Assembly: GCA_033720355.1 (NCBI GenBank)
Contig: JAWWCR010000001.1
Coordinates: 10,364 to 74,363 of the forward strand
Length of the DNA stretch: 64,000 nucleotides
Origin: Gemmatimonadota bacterium
GTDB taxonomy: Bacteria > Gemmatimonadota > Gemmatimonadetes > Palauibacterales > Palauibacteraceae
Direction of reading: 5' to 3'
Part shown: piece after piece, positions 14,637-24,262 of the stretch
How positions within the stretch are numbered: the first letter of the stretch is position 1
Layout of the letters: each line of letters starts with the position of its first letter
Program-made: the position numbers and the translations under genes
Notes under the pieces: model-generated
What the model saw: only the letters and a program-made list of their open reading frames with translations
Databases searched by the model: none
What the model was told of the DNA's origin: nothing

Positions 14637-17318
14637 ATGACGCCGCACGTTCCGCCGGGGCCGTGGGAGAGACTTCTCGAGGTCCTCCTCCCGGTGTGGG
14701 ATCGGAGGGAGCTGCTCCTCGATCTGCGCGAGCGGTTCGCCGGACGGGCGGAGGTAGACCCGGGGCGAGCCCGCATGTGGTATCGCTGGCAGGTGGTCCG
14801 CGCGATCGGACCCGCGCTTGCCCTGCGGGCCCGCTCTCGTAGAGGCCACCGGCGCGGCGCCGGGGCGGGCTCGGGTCCGTGGCTCCGCGGGTTGACGAGA
14901 GACATCCGATTGGGCGCTCGAGGGCTGCTGGCGCGCCCCTCGTTCGCCGTCGTCTCGATTCTGACGCTGGCCGTCGGTATAGGCGCTTCGACCGCACTGT
15001 TCTCCGTCGTCGACCCGCTTCTCCTCAAGCCGCTCCCGTATCCCGATTCGGATCGGCTATTCGTCCTCTGGAACCGTAGCCCCGCGACGGATGTCGCCAA
15101 GGACTGGCACGCGCCGGCCCATTACCGCGCGTTCCGCGACCGGCTCGGCTCGCTCGAGCACCTGACGCTCTATGGCGGCGGTCGCGTGACGGCGCGGGGC
15201 GAGGACGGTCCGCCGCAGTTCTGGGAAATGGTACAGACCACCTCGGGGCTGATGCGGCTGCTCGGAACCCGCGCGGCCCGTGGCCGGGTGCTCCAGCCCG
15301 AGGACGATGCGGCGGGCGCGGGGCTCGTCGCCGTGCTGTCGCACGATATCTGGGTGGACGAGTTCGGACGCGACGAGAACATCGTGGGACGGACGATCGC
15401 CGTGGGGTCGGCGACCGCACGCGTGATCGGCGTGATCGACCCCGGGTCCCGCATCATCCCCGAGGCGCTCGCCACCGTCGGAGCCGTCTCGGGCGTCGAT
15501 GTCCTGCTCAATCTCGAGCTGGATCCGGACTTCCTGTCCAACACGGGCAGCTGGAACTGGAACGTGGTGGGTCGGCTGCGGGGGGATCGTACGCGGGCGC
15601 AGCTCGACGCGGAGCTCGAGGGCCTCATGACGTCGGGGTTCATCGATGAGTTCGACATCGACGATGACCGGTTCGCGGTGTACGCGGTCCGCGTCTTCGA
15701 CGAGATCGTCGGACCTCTGCGCCCCATGGCGCTTGCGCTGCTGGCGGGGGTCGGGCTCGTCCTCCTCATCTCGTGCGGGAACGTGGCGATGCTGCTGCTC
15801 GCCAGAGGCTCGGCGAGGGCCGGCGAGGTCGCGGTCCGACGTGCCCTCGGGGCCTCGCGCGCGCGTGTGGTTCGACAGTTGCTCGCGGAGGGCCTCGTGA
15901 TCTCCGCCGTCGCCGGCGCCCTCGGGGTCGCGCTCGCCCGGGGGCTCGTCAGGGGCCTGCACATGCTCGACCCGACAGAGCTGCCGCGTCTCGGGGAGGT
16001 CGCGCTGGATCTTCGCGCCGTCACCTTCGCGGTGGCGGCGTCCCTCGCGACCACGATCGTGTTCGCGCTGCTTCCGGCCCTCCGGGCGACCGCACCCGAT
16101 GGCGTCGCGGGGCTCCGGGCGGGTACGCGGGGCGGCAGCACCAGGGGGAGCGGTCTCCGGGCCGTCCTCTCCCCCGGGAGCGTGATCGCGCAGGCGCAGA
16201 TCGCGTTCTCGCTCACCCTGATCGTCGCCGCGAGCCTCCTCGCGAGGAGCTACGCGGCGGTGTGGCGCCAGGATCCCGGATTCGATCGAGAGAGCGTCGT
16301 CACCGTGAGGATGGATCTCGGCCCCTCGGGCCCGGAGAGGGACGACCGGTGGTCGCACGTCTCGGAGTTGCTCGCGGCACTGGAGCGGATACCGGGGGTG
16401 TCCACCGCAGGTGTGTCGAACCAGATTCCGCTGGGCGCCTCGATCGCCTGGGGAGGAGCCGCGCTCGCCGGCGTGACCGAGCCGGTGACCGCCGAGTTTC
16501 GCGCCGTGACGCCGGGGTACTTCGAGGCGATGGGGATCGAGGTCCTCGAGGGGCGATCCTTCGAGGACGCCGATATGCTGCCCGGCGTCGAGGTGGCCAT
16601 CGTCGATCAGGCGCTCGTCGATCGCTATTGGCGCGGTTGGAACCCCATCGGTCTCACCGCCGGTCTGGGGACGGACTCGATGACGGTGGTCGGGGTCGTC
16701 CGGACCATCCGGCAGTATCGGCTCGATGAGGAATCCCCGAGGGTCTTCATCTACTACCCGTACGTGGAGGCTCCGACGCGGAGCTTCTACGTCGCGGCGA
16801 GGACGACGCTCCCCCCGCAGGACGTCGTCTCGGCCGTTCGGTCGACGATTCGGGATGTCTCCGCGAGCGCGGTACTCGAGGACATCCGCCCGATCGGGTC
16901 GCTCGTCTCCGACGCGCTCGCCACGAGACGCGCCGGCGCCGTGCTCATGGTGGCGTTCGGGAGCATCGCGACCTTCCTCGCCGTGATGGGGACCTACGGG
17001 CTGGTGTCGTTTCGCGTGGCCTCCGCCCGACGCGAGCTCGGTCTCCGGATGGCTCTCGGGGCCGCGCCGGGACGGCTGGTGCGGGCCGTCGCCCGATTCG
17101 CCGTGAGCCTCGTCGTCGTCGGTGCCGTCATGGGGGTGCCACTCGCCCTGGGCGGCGCGAGGCTCCTGGCGGGACAGCTGTTCGAGGTCGGTTCCGCGGA
17201 CCCCGCCTCCTTCGCCCTGGCGGCGCTCCTGACAGGAGGCGTGGCCGTCCTCGCAGCGGTGATTCCCGCTCGCCGGGCGGCTCGTGTGGACCCTGCCCGG
17301 GTGTTCAGATCGGAGTGA
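14637..17318 (+). CDS. Duplicated FtsX/MacB-like ABC permease ('ADOP' type), module 1
   Basis: 893-aa ORF. After the N-terminal cytoplasmic extension there is a TM (FAVVSILTLAVGIGASTALF), a large periplasmic domain, and a 3-TM FtsX block. The whole unit is then repeated and ends PARRAARVDPARVFRSE. No ATPase gene is adjacent. Confidence 0.85.
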   Translation: MTPHVPPGPWERLLEVLLPVWDRRELLLDLRERFAGRAEVDPGRARMWYRWQVVRAIGPALALRARSRRGHRRGAGAGSGPWLRGLTRDIRLGARGLLARPSFAVVSILTLAVGIGASTALFSVVDPLLLKPLPYPDSDRLFVLWNRSPATDVAKDWHAPAHYRAFRDRLGSLEHLTLYGGGRVTARGEDGPPQFWEMVQTTSGLMRLLGTRAARGRVLQPEDDAAGAGLVAVLSHDIWVDEFGRDENIVGRTIAVGSATARVIGVIDPGSRIIPEALATVGAVSGVDVLLNLELDPDFLSNTGSWNWNVVGRLRGDRTRAQLDAELEGLMTSGFIDEFDIDDDRFAVYAVRVFDEIVGPLRPMALALLAGVGLVLLISCGNVAMLLLARGSARAGEVAVRRALGASRARVVRQLLAEGLVISAVAGALGVALARGLVRGLHMLDPTELPRLGEVALDLRAVTFAVAASLATTIVFALLPALRATAPDGVAGLRAGTRGGSTRGSGLRAVLSPGSVIAQAQIAFSLTLIVAASLLARSYAAVWRQDPGFDRESVVTVRMDLGPSGPERDDRWSHVSELLAALERIPGVSTAGVSNQIPLGASIAWGGAALAGVTEPVTAEFRAVTPGYFEAMGIEVLEGRSFEDADMLPGVEVAIVDQALVDRYWRGWNPIGLTAGLGTDSMTVVGVVRTIRQYRLDEESPRVFIYYPYVEAPTRSFYVAARTTLPPQDVVSAVRSTIRDVSASAVLEDIRPIGSLVSDALATRRAGAVLMVAFGSIATFLAVMGTYGLVSFRVASARRELGLRMALGAAPGRLVRAVARFAVSLVVVGAVMGVPLALGGARLLAGQLFEVGSADPASFALAALLTGGVAVLAAVIPARRAARVDPARVFRSE

Positions 17319-17392
17319 CCGCCACGGCGTGAGGTCGCCGCCCGATGTCGAGAACGCATTCTCCTCTCGTCCCCCGTCAGCGCCACGCGGCG

Positions 17393-17421
17393 TTGACATG
17401 ACATGTGTGTATGTGTATAAT
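17393..17421 (+). promoter_or_regulatory. Consensus sigma70-type promoter for vapBC
   Basis: TTGACA (17393-17398), a 17-nt spacer, then TATAAT (17416-17421). It is embedded in a TG/AT-rich patch (catgtgtgtatgtgtataatacatgcaca). GGAGG at 17435-17439 lies 5 nt before ATG 17445. Confidence 0.7.
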
Positions 17422-17444
17422 ACATGCACACGATGGAGGGGCTC

Positions 17445-17729
17445 ATGTCGACCCGGATACACATCGTCCTCGATCCCGAGGAGAAGGAGCGCTACCGCGC
17501 GCTCGCGAGCCGAGAAGGGAAGAACCTGAGCGAGTGGGTTCGCGAGGCGGTGCGCGAGCGGGCGGCCGACTACCCCGCCGAGCTGCCGCTGGACACGCCC
17601 GATTCGCTGGACGCGTTCTTCGCCGAGTGTGACCGCGTTCATGGACCCGACGCTCCGCCCGAGTCCGATTGGGAGGAGCTCAAGCGCCTGATCGCGGAGT
17701 CGAAGATCGAGGGGCTCCCGCGCCCGTGA
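17445..17729 (+). CDS. vapB: Antitoxin, ribbon-helix-helix (VapB/CopG-like)
   Basis: MSTRIHIVLDPEEKERYRALASREGKNLSEWVREAVRE has the RHH pattern. The stop overlaps the start of the downstream PIN gene. Confidence 0.75.
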   Translation: MSTRIHIVLDPEEKERYRALASREGKNLSEWVREAVRERAADYPAELPLDTPDSLDAFFAECDRVHGPDAPPESDWEELKRLIAESKIEGLPRP

Positions 17730-18118
17730 TCTTCATCGATGCGAACATCCCCGTGTATGCGGTCGGGCGCCCCCACCCCCTGCGTGAGCAGGCGAGAGCA
17801 GCTCTCAAGGACGCGAAGCGCGATGGCGAAACGCTCGTCACCTCCGCGGAGGTCTTCCAGGAGATCCTGCACGTCTACGTCGCCGTCGATCGCGATCGGG
17901 AGCTCGAGAACGCGTGGGCGCTCCTGGGTGCGGTGAGCGGAGACGTGTGGCCGGTCGAGCGTGCAGATGCCGATCTCGCGAGGTCCCTGCGAGCGCGCCA
18001 CCCCGAGCTCACCGCGCGCGACCTGGTGCATCTGGCATGCTGCCGTCGACGCGATGTCGAGGAGATCCTCACGTTCGACCGGGGGTTGAAGGCCGCGGTC
18101 TCCAGGCGGTCGGGCTGA
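17726..18118 (+). CDS. vapC: PIN-domain toxin (VapC-like ribonuclease)
   Basis: GTG 17726 (GTGA overlap). VIFIDANIPVYAV carries the first acidic residue, followed by SAEVFQEILH and TARDLVHLA. Length is about 130 aa. Confidence 0.75.
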   Translation: MIFIDANIPVYAVGRPHPLREQARAALKDAKRDGETLVTSAEVFQEILHVYVAVDRDRELENAWALLGAVSGDVWPVERADADLARSLRARHPELTARDLVHLACCRRRDVEEILTFDRGLKAAVSRRSG

Positions 18119-18149
18119 GAGGCGACCCTCGTCGGTGGCAAGACCGCGC

Positions 18150-18719
18150 TCAGCCAGCCGGCGATACGACGACCGTCACCGCATACGGGGTACCCGCCGG
18201 GTCCTCGCCCTCGCGCAGGAACCGCTCGAGCTCGGTCAGCCGTGCGTTGAGCTCGGTCACCGCCTCGTCGCTCAGCCGCGGGTGGAACTGGACGAGGGTG
18301 CGCTGCCGGTCCGGTCCACCCTGGCGGACCTCCCGGTCCGCGAGCGCGTCGGCATGCGCGCGCTCGGCCCACCGCAGGAGGCTGCCGGCCATCTCGGCGT
18401 ACGCTTCGCGCAGCTCGGGACTCGCTTCGTCCATACGTACCTCGATGTCGCGCGCGACGAGCTCGTAGAGCCCCGCGAGCCGGCGGCCTGTGGGCCGTGT
18501 TCCCGCGGGCACGATGAGTCCGGCCTCCTCGAGCTGCCCGACGTGGTAGTAGAGCGATTCGGGGGCGACATCCATGTGCTCCGCGAGGTCCCGCACGGAG
18601 CACCGGCCGAGCGCCTCGAAGGCGGCGATGATCCGGTGACGCGCCGGGGACGCGAGCGCTCTGAGCTGCCCGGGCCGCTCGACGCGGTACGTCCGCTCTC
18701 GCGTCGGGTTCTCGGACAA
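18150..18719 (-). CDS. ArsR-family winged-helix transcriptional regulator
   Basis: 189-aa ORF reading LRALASPARHRIIAAFEALGRCSVRDLAEHMDVAPESLYYHVGQLEEAGLI, an ArsR-type HTH. It has a long C-terminal helical extension. Confidence 0.75.
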   Translation of the reverse strand: MSENPTRERTYRVERPGQLRALASPARHRIIAAFEALGRCSVRDLAEHMDVAPESLYYHVGQLEEAGLIVPAGTRPTGRRLAGLYELVARDIEVRMDEASPELREAYAEMAGSLLRWAERAHADALADREVRQGGPDRQRTLVQFHPRLSDEAVTELNARLTELERFLREGEDPAGTPYAVTVVVSPAG

Positions 18720-18748
18720 CTTGAAACCTCCCGGGGCTCGACTCCGTC

Positions 18749-18800
18749 CTGATCAATAACTGAAATAATCAGATAAGTTTTAGTTAACTGTCAGACAAGG
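18749..18800. promoter_or_regulatory. AT-rich divergent promoter/operator region (ArsR regulator vs alpha/beta hydrolase)
   Basis: CTGAT-N14-ATCAG (18749-18772), palindrome AGTTAACT (18782-18789) and a repeated TAACTG. The AT richness is striking for this window. Confidence 0.45.
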
Positions 18801-18815
18801 GATCGACGGCACGAC

Positions 18816-19862
18816 ATGACCGGAGGCTCGATCGGAGCGCGGATTCGCCGGTTCGCCCGCGTGCTCGGCATCGTGCTCGCCGCGATAGCGGCAGCGACGG
18901 CGTTGAGCGGCGCGATCTATCAGGAGGTCGGTGTGCGTCGCGACCGGGCTCGCTATCCTGCGCCCGGCGAGCTCGTCTCGATCGGGACCCACTCGCTACA
19001 CCTCCACTGCGCGGGTGACGGCGCGCCCACTGTGCTGCTGGACGCGGGTGCAGGCGGATGGTCCCTCCACTGGTGGGGCTTCCGAGAGGGGCTGGCTCGG
19101 GAGGGACGCGTCTGCGCGTTCGACCGTTCGGGGCTCGGCTGGAGCGACGACGGCGTCGGCGTGTACGACGGCGAAGGGCTGGCTAGAGAGCTCCACGCGG
19201 TGCTCGGCTCCGCCGACACGGGACCGGTCGTCTACGTCGGCCATTCGCTCGGGGCAAACCTGGCTCAGATACATGCGCGGCTCTTTCCGGACGACGTCGC
19301 CGGAATGGTGCTCATCGACCCGGGTCGGCCGGTCGACATGCTCGAGGACTTCGAGGGAACGCGCGACGACGCCGCGGCGATCGAGGGCTGTGGCTGGAAA
19401 TGCGTCGCCGCCTCCGTCGCGACGCGTCTGGGCCTCGTCCGCTTCGCCACGCGAAACGCGGGGCGCAACACCCTGAGCGCCGAGCGCCAGGCGCTCTACC
19501 ACGCGGGCCTGTCGCGGCAGACGACCACCCGTACCGTGATCGGCTACCTCGACCTGCTGCCGAAGACGGCGTGGCAGAACATCGACTCGGATGACTTCCA
19601 GGACATCCCGCTCACCGTCGTGTATTCGTCCGACACGCGAAGGCCCGAGGGCGACGAGACCGAGGACGACGTGGCCCGCTGGCACCGTGAGGTCCTCGCG
19701 GACATGGAGACGCTCGCGGCGCGGTCGACGCGCGGTCGCGGGCCGGTCGTGATCGAGGGCGCGACGCACACGTCGATCGTCACCGACACCCGCTTCATCG
19801 GGCCGGTCATCGAGGAGATCCGGTACGTGGCGCGTCTCACGCGATCGCCGGGCGATCCTTGA
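18816..19862 (+). CDS. Alpha/beta-fold hydrolase
   Basis: 348-aa ORF with an N-terminal TM/signal, an HG-type oxyanion region (LLDAGAGGWS) and a nucleophile elbow (VGHSLGANLA). Confidence 0.75.
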   Translation: MTGGSIGARIRRFARVLGIVLAAIAAATALSGAIYQEVGVRRDRARYPAPGELVSIGTHSLHLHCAGDGAPTVLLDAGAGGWSLHWWGFREGLAREGRVCAFDRSGLGWSDDGVGVYDGEGLARELHAVLGSADTGPVVYVGHSLGANLAQIHARLFPDDVAGMVLIDPGRPVDMLEDFEGTRDDAAAIEGCGWKCVAASVATRLGLVRFATRNAGRNTLSAERQALYHAGLSRQTTTRTVIGYLDLLPKTAWQNIDSDDFQDIPLTVVYSSDTRRPEGDETEDDVARWHREVLADMETLAARSTRGRGPVVIEGATHTSIVTDTRFIGPVIEEIRYVARLTRSPGDP

Positions 19863-19893
19863 GCCGGCCCCCGCCGGGCCGACGGAGCCGTCC

Positions 19894-21417
19894 CTACGGC
19901 GTGAGCTCGCCCCCCGAGGTCCTCCGGATGAACGCGACCAGCGTATCGCGCCACTGATCGAGCAGCGACTCCTCCACGTACATCATGTGGCCGGCCGCGA
20001 AGTCGGCCCGCGCGATGTTGTCGCGCAGATCCGGCGGCAGCCCGAGCTGGTCCATCGTCCACACGGCCGCGAAGTACGGGGTCGCGAGGTCGTAGATCCC
20101 GTTCACGAGCAGCACCTCGAGCCGCGGATTCCGCTCGATCGCTCGCGCCAGATCGGGACCGACATTCGGGACGGCGCCGCCGAAGAAGCCGCCGCCCCCG
20201 CCGAACTGGCGCTCCCAGTTCCATCCGCGTGCCATCCCGCTGGGGACATACTCGCGATCGCCGTCGTAGCCGAGCTCCTCGCGGACGTAAGTGTTGAAGA
20301 TCGATGTGTACGCGGAGCTGATCGCCGAGGATTGCGGATCGTGCCCCGGAGTCGTCGCGAGCTGATCGCCGGTCGGGCCGGTGAAGCGCGCATCCAGCCG
20401 CCCGACGACGAGACGCCGGTCCCGCAGCAGCTCCTTCTCGAACTCGGGCGCCGAGACGCGCAGATCCGCCTTGTCGAGATAGTCGACCGAGAGCCCGGTG
20501 TACTCGTGCATCTGCTGGAGTACCCGCTGGCGGTAGGCGGGGTCGACGGAGTTGCCGGCCAGCAGCACCTGCGCGTAGTCGGTGAGCGCCCACTCCTCGA
20601 CCTCGGCCATGAACGCCTCGAGGTCATCGGGCCGGCCACCCGGCAGGGCATCGTGGTACGCCGCCGTGATCGCGTACGAGGGGACGTTCGTGATGTACCC
20701 GGTGTGCGAGCCCGGCGGAAACTGGATCGTGTTGAAGTCGAGCACCGAGGAGACGAGCACGATGCCGTTCAGGTCTATGTTCGCCCGCTGGAGGTGCCCG
20801 GCGAGCACCGCCGAACGGGTCGTGCCGTAGCTCTCGCCGAGGAGATAGCGGGGAGAGTTCCACCGGTTGTTCTCGCTCAGAAAGCGCCGGATGAACTGCG
20901 TGAGCGACGCCGCGTCCTCGTCGAGGCCCCAGAAGTCGCTGCCTTCCGCCTCGCCGGCGGGTCGGCTGAACCCGGTGCCGATCGGGTCGACCATCACGAT
21001 GTCCGCGATGTCGAGCAGCGTGTGCTGGTTGTCGACGAGCGGGTACGGCGGGGGCGCCTGCTGGCCGACGTTCGGCGTGACGACCCGCCGCGGCCCCATG
21101 ATGCCCATGTGGAGCCAGAACGACGCCGACCCGGGCCCGCCGTTGTACGAGAAGATCAGCGGCCGGCTCGACGCGCCGCCCCCGTTGGTCCGGAAATACG
21201 CGGTGTAGAAGAGCTCTCCGGTGGGGCTTTCTTCGTTGTCACGGAGGATGACGCTGCCCACGACCGCGTCGTAGGCGACGGTCGCGCCGCCGATGACGGT
21301 CGAGTGGCTGGTCTCCCAGCGGGACGGCTCGGGGTCCGCGATCCCGTTCGGCGCATCCTGTCCGACGAGACCGAGAGGTACGAGCAAAAGCGATGCGGCG
21401 ATGACGGAGCGCTTCAT
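19894..21417 (-). CDS. Serine carboxypeptidase (peptidase S10 family), secreted
   Basis: Trimmed to ATG 21415-21417, preceded by AGGAGGGACC. Signal peptide MKRSVIAASLLLVPLGLVGQ. Motifs: YNGGPGSASFW and LLGESYGTT (Ser nucleophile). Confidence 0.75.
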   Translation of the reverse strand: MKRSVIAASLLLVPLGLVGQDAPNGIADPEPSRWETSHSTVIGGATVAYDAVVGSVILRDNEESPTGELFYTAYFRTNGGGASSRPLIFSYNGGPGSASFWLHMGIMGPRRVVTPNVGQQAPPPYPLVDNQHTLLDIADIVMVDPIGTGFSRPAGEAEGSDFWGLDEDAASLTQFIRRFLSENNRWNSPRYLLGESYGTTRSAVLAGHLQRANIDLNGIVLVSSVLDFNTIQFPPGSHTGYITNVPSYAITAAYHDALPGGRPDDLEAFMAEVEEWALTDYAQVLLAGNSVDPAYRQRVLQQMHEYTGLSVDYLDKADLRVSAPEFEKELLRDRRLVVGRLDARFTGPTGDQLATTPGHDPQSSAISSAYTSIFNTYVREELGYDGDREYVPSGMARGWNWERQFGGGGGFFGGAVPNVGPDLARAIERNPRLEVLLVNGIYDLATPYFAAVWTMDQLGLPPDLRDNIARADFAAGHMMYVEESLLDQWRDTLVAFIRRTSGGELTP

Positions 21418-21534
21418 GGTCCCTCCTGATACGTTCGATCCCCAAACCGGCAGGCTCCTCAACTTCTTGCCGCTCTGCCGCGGTTTCAACCACTTTGAGC
21501 GTCGTCAGCCCCCCGACCCCCATGAGGTGGTGGC

Positions 21535-23718
21535 GTGAGCGGCTTCAAACGGCTCGTCGGCGAGATCCACCGCAGGTCCCTGTGGCAGGTGCTCGGGATC
21601 TACCTCGCCGGCTCGTGGGTCGCGCTCCAGGTCGTGGAGCAGCTCGCCGAGGCCGCGGCCATGCCGGCGTGGATCCGTCCCCTCGCCCTCATGCTCCTGA
21701 TCGTAGGGTTGCCGATCGTTCTCGCCACGGCCTTCGTCCAGGAAGGGGTCGGATCGGGCACGGTCGCTCCGCGGCCGAGTTCGGCCGACGGCCCCGGGCG
21801 TGGCCCGGACGGGGGGATTCACGTATCCGAAGGGGCCCGTCGCCTGTTCACCTGGCGCAACGCCGTGACGGGCGGGATCATCGCCTTCGCGGCCCTGGGC
21901 GTCACCGCCGTCGGCTGGGTGATCTTCGGTCCCGGGCCGGGCACCCTCGTCGGTGGCAGCGCCTCGGGTCCCGGCTCGGCCCCCTCTGTTGCCGTCCTCC
22001 CGTTCGAGAACCTGAACGCGGACGAGGAGAATCGGCTCTTCACCGACGGAATCCACCAGGACGTCATCGCGCAGCTCCAGACCGTCGGCGACCTGACGGT
22101 CATCAGCCGTCAGTCGGTGCTCGAGTACCGTGACCGTGCCGTGGACCCGCGGACCGTCGGCGAGGAGCTGTCCGTCCGCACGATCGTCACCGCGAGCGTC
22201 CAGCGAGCCGGCGACAGAGTTCGCGTCAGCGCCTCCCTGATCGACGCGGAGACCCAACGGCAGCTCTGGGCGGAGCAGTACAACGCCACGCTGACGGATG
22301 TGTTCGAGATCCAGTCGGACATCGCGGGCCAGATCGTGGCGGCGCTCGCCTCGAACCTGGTGCTGCCCGTGCGCGACGGGGCGGAGAGACCGACCGGGAG
22401 CTTCGAGGCGTACGAGCATTACCTGCGGGGATCGCAGCTCATGGACCTCGCGGACGAGCGGCTGGAGAACGCGGCGATCGACGTGGCTCGCGAAGAGCTG
22501 GAACGTGCGATCGCCCTGGACGGGGAGTTCGCCGAGGCCCATGCGCTCCTGGCGCTCGCGTATCATCGACTGTCGACCGGAGCGCAGCGGGACGTCGTGA
22601 CCGGGCCGGCGCTGGGCGGATTGGGCCGCGTGGGCGCGGAGGAGCCCGCTCGGCCTGGTGTGCTTCGAGAGCTGGCGCGTCGCGAGACGGAGCGGGCGCT
22701 TCGGCTGGCTCCGGACCTCGCCGCCGCGCACTTCGCGATGTGGGGGGTCGAGGAGGAGGTGGGTCGTGATGGACTGCCCCACCTCGCGCGCGCCCTCGAC
22801 CGTGAGCCGGGCAACGCGCTCTACGTGGCCGAGATGGCACGCGCGCTCCGGGCGCGCGGACGCTGGGACGAGGCCCGTGACATGGCGCGCCGTGCGACCG
22901 AGCTCAACCCCCGTTCCGCCTATGCTCAGCTGCTTCTCGGCGAGATCAGCCGCTTCATGCGGGAGTTCGACGAGTCGGAGACCGCGCTCCTGGGCGCGGT
23001 CCGCCTGGCCGCGAACGACCCGGAGGGTCTCCCCGACATCATGCGCGAGCTCCTGTGGCTCGAGATCGCCCGCGGAGGTGGGGCGGAGGGGGTCAAGGAG
23101 CTCTTCGCGGAGGAACAGACGCGCGGCGTCTTGAGTCCGGACTGGTTTCGCCTCCGGTTCGCGGACACCCCGGAGGTGCTGACCGGCGGCGAGTACGACG
23201 AACTGGTCCTGAGCTTCCGTCCGGATGCGACCGATGTGGTCCTCCGCTGCACGTGCTACTACCAGAAGGCCATGATGTACCGGGCGTCGGGACAGACCGA
23301 ACGCGCACGCGTCTACTTCGACTCACTCACGACGGAGGTGGAACGATCGCGACCGACCTTCTCCAATCGCGCGAGGCAAGCGACCTGGGGGACGGTTCAC
23401 GCGCGGAACCTCGCGCGCGCGGGCCGCATCGATGAAGCGCGGGTCGAGCTCATGGAAACCATCGCGTTGACCGCCGATACGACGCTTCTCGATCGATCCA
23501 TGCTGACCACCATCCGCCGCTACCGGGCGATGGCCTACGCCGAGCTCGGCGATGTCGAGCGCGCGATCGCGGAGCTGGAATACCTGCTCTCCGTGCCGTC
23601 GCCCCTCTCGCCCTACTCGCTCCGGGACAGACAGGCCTGGCTTCCCCTTCGCGGGAACCCCCTGTTCGAGGCGTTCGTCGAGGAGAAGCTGGCCGAGGTC
23701 GAGCGCGGTCGAGACTAG
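21535..23718 (+). CDS. Membrane-anchored TolB-N-like + TPR repeat protein
   Basis: 727-aa ORF with two N-terminal TM helices. SVAVLPFENLNADEENRLFTDGIHQDVIAQLQ is a TolB-amino-terminal-like module. The rest is a long TPR-like helical repeat region. Confidence 0.7.
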   Translation: MSGFKRLVGEIHRRSLWQVLGIYLAGSWVALQVVEQLAEAAAMPAWIRPLALMLLIVGLPIVLATAFVQEGVGSGTVAPRPSSADGPGRGPDGGIHVSEGARRLFTWRNAVTGGIIAFAALGVTAVGWVIFGPGPGTLVGGSASGPGSAPSVAVLPFENLNADEENRLFTDGIHQDVIAQLQTVGDLTVISRQSVLEYRDRAVDPRTVGEELSVRTIVTASVQRAGDRVRVSASLIDAETQRQLWAEQYNATLTDVFEIQSDIAGQIVAALASNLVLPVRDGAERPTGSFEAYEHYLRGSQLMDLADERLENAAIDVAREELERAIALDGEFAEAHALLALAYHRLSTGAQRDVVTGPALGGLGRVGAEEPARPGVLRELARRETERALRLAPDLAAAHFAMWGVEEEVGRDGLPHLARALDREPGNALYVAEMARALRARGRWDEARDMARRATELNPRSAYAQLLLGEISRFMREFDESETALLGAVRLAANDPEGLPDIMRELLWLEIARGGGAEGVKELFAEEQTRGVLSPDWFRLRFADTPEVLTGGEYDELVLSFRPDATDVVLRCTCYYQKAMMYRASGQTERARVYFDSLTTEVERSRPTFSNRARQATWGTVHARNLARAGRIDEARVELMETIALTADTTLLDRSMLTTIRRYRAMAYAELGDVERAIAELEYLLSVPSPLSPYSLRDRQAWLPLRGNPLFEAFVEEKLAEVERGRD

Positions 23719-23736
23719 GCGGGCGTCCGGCCCGCC

Positions 23737-24156
23737 TCAACTCAGCGCCGCGGCCACCCTCTCGATGCGCGCCCGCGCATCCGCCGCGACGCCTTCGAGC
23801 CGCCTGTCACCCTCGGACAGCGCGCTCGCCAGCATGGCCTCGGGGTCCGTCAAACGAATCGTCGACCCTCCACCCTCGCGCTGCTCGACCGTGACGTTGC
23901 ACGGCAGGAAGAGCCCGATCTCGGGCGCCCGCTGCACCGCCTCGTAAGCGAGCTTCGGGTTGCACGCCCCCAGAATCGCGTAGGGTCGGAACTCGACACC
24001 CAGCTTCTCGTCGAACGCCTCGTCGAGATCGATCCGGGTGAGGATCCCGAACCCCTCTTCCTTTAGTGCGGCGGTCACCGTCTCGATCGCCTCGTCGACC
24101 GGCTCATCGGTCTCGGCGGAGAACCAGCCCACGTCCCTCATCGTATCGTCAACCAT
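23737..24156 (-). CDS. DUF302-domain protein
   Basis: EGFGILTRIDLDEAFDEKLGVEFRPYAILGACNPKLAYEAV...GLFLPCNVTV is the DUF302 pattern as I recall it. The start is ambiguous: ATG 24156, or upstream up to 24222. Confidence 0.6.
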   Translation of the reverse strand: MVDDTMRDVGWFSAETDEPVDEAIETVTAALKEEGFGILTRIDLDEAFDEKLGVEFRPYAILGACNPKLAYEAVQRAPEIGLFLPCNVTVEQREGGGSTIRLTDPEAMLASALSEGDRRLEGVAADARARIERVAAALS

Positions 24157-24262
24157 CGTCCTTACCCCTCGTGTCTCGAGTCCCGTCGCGTCCGCACGGG
24201 TCATTACCCGTCTGTCGCGCAACTGTTGGTGTCACGGGTCCGCGAGGAGGTTCCCGGGCGCA

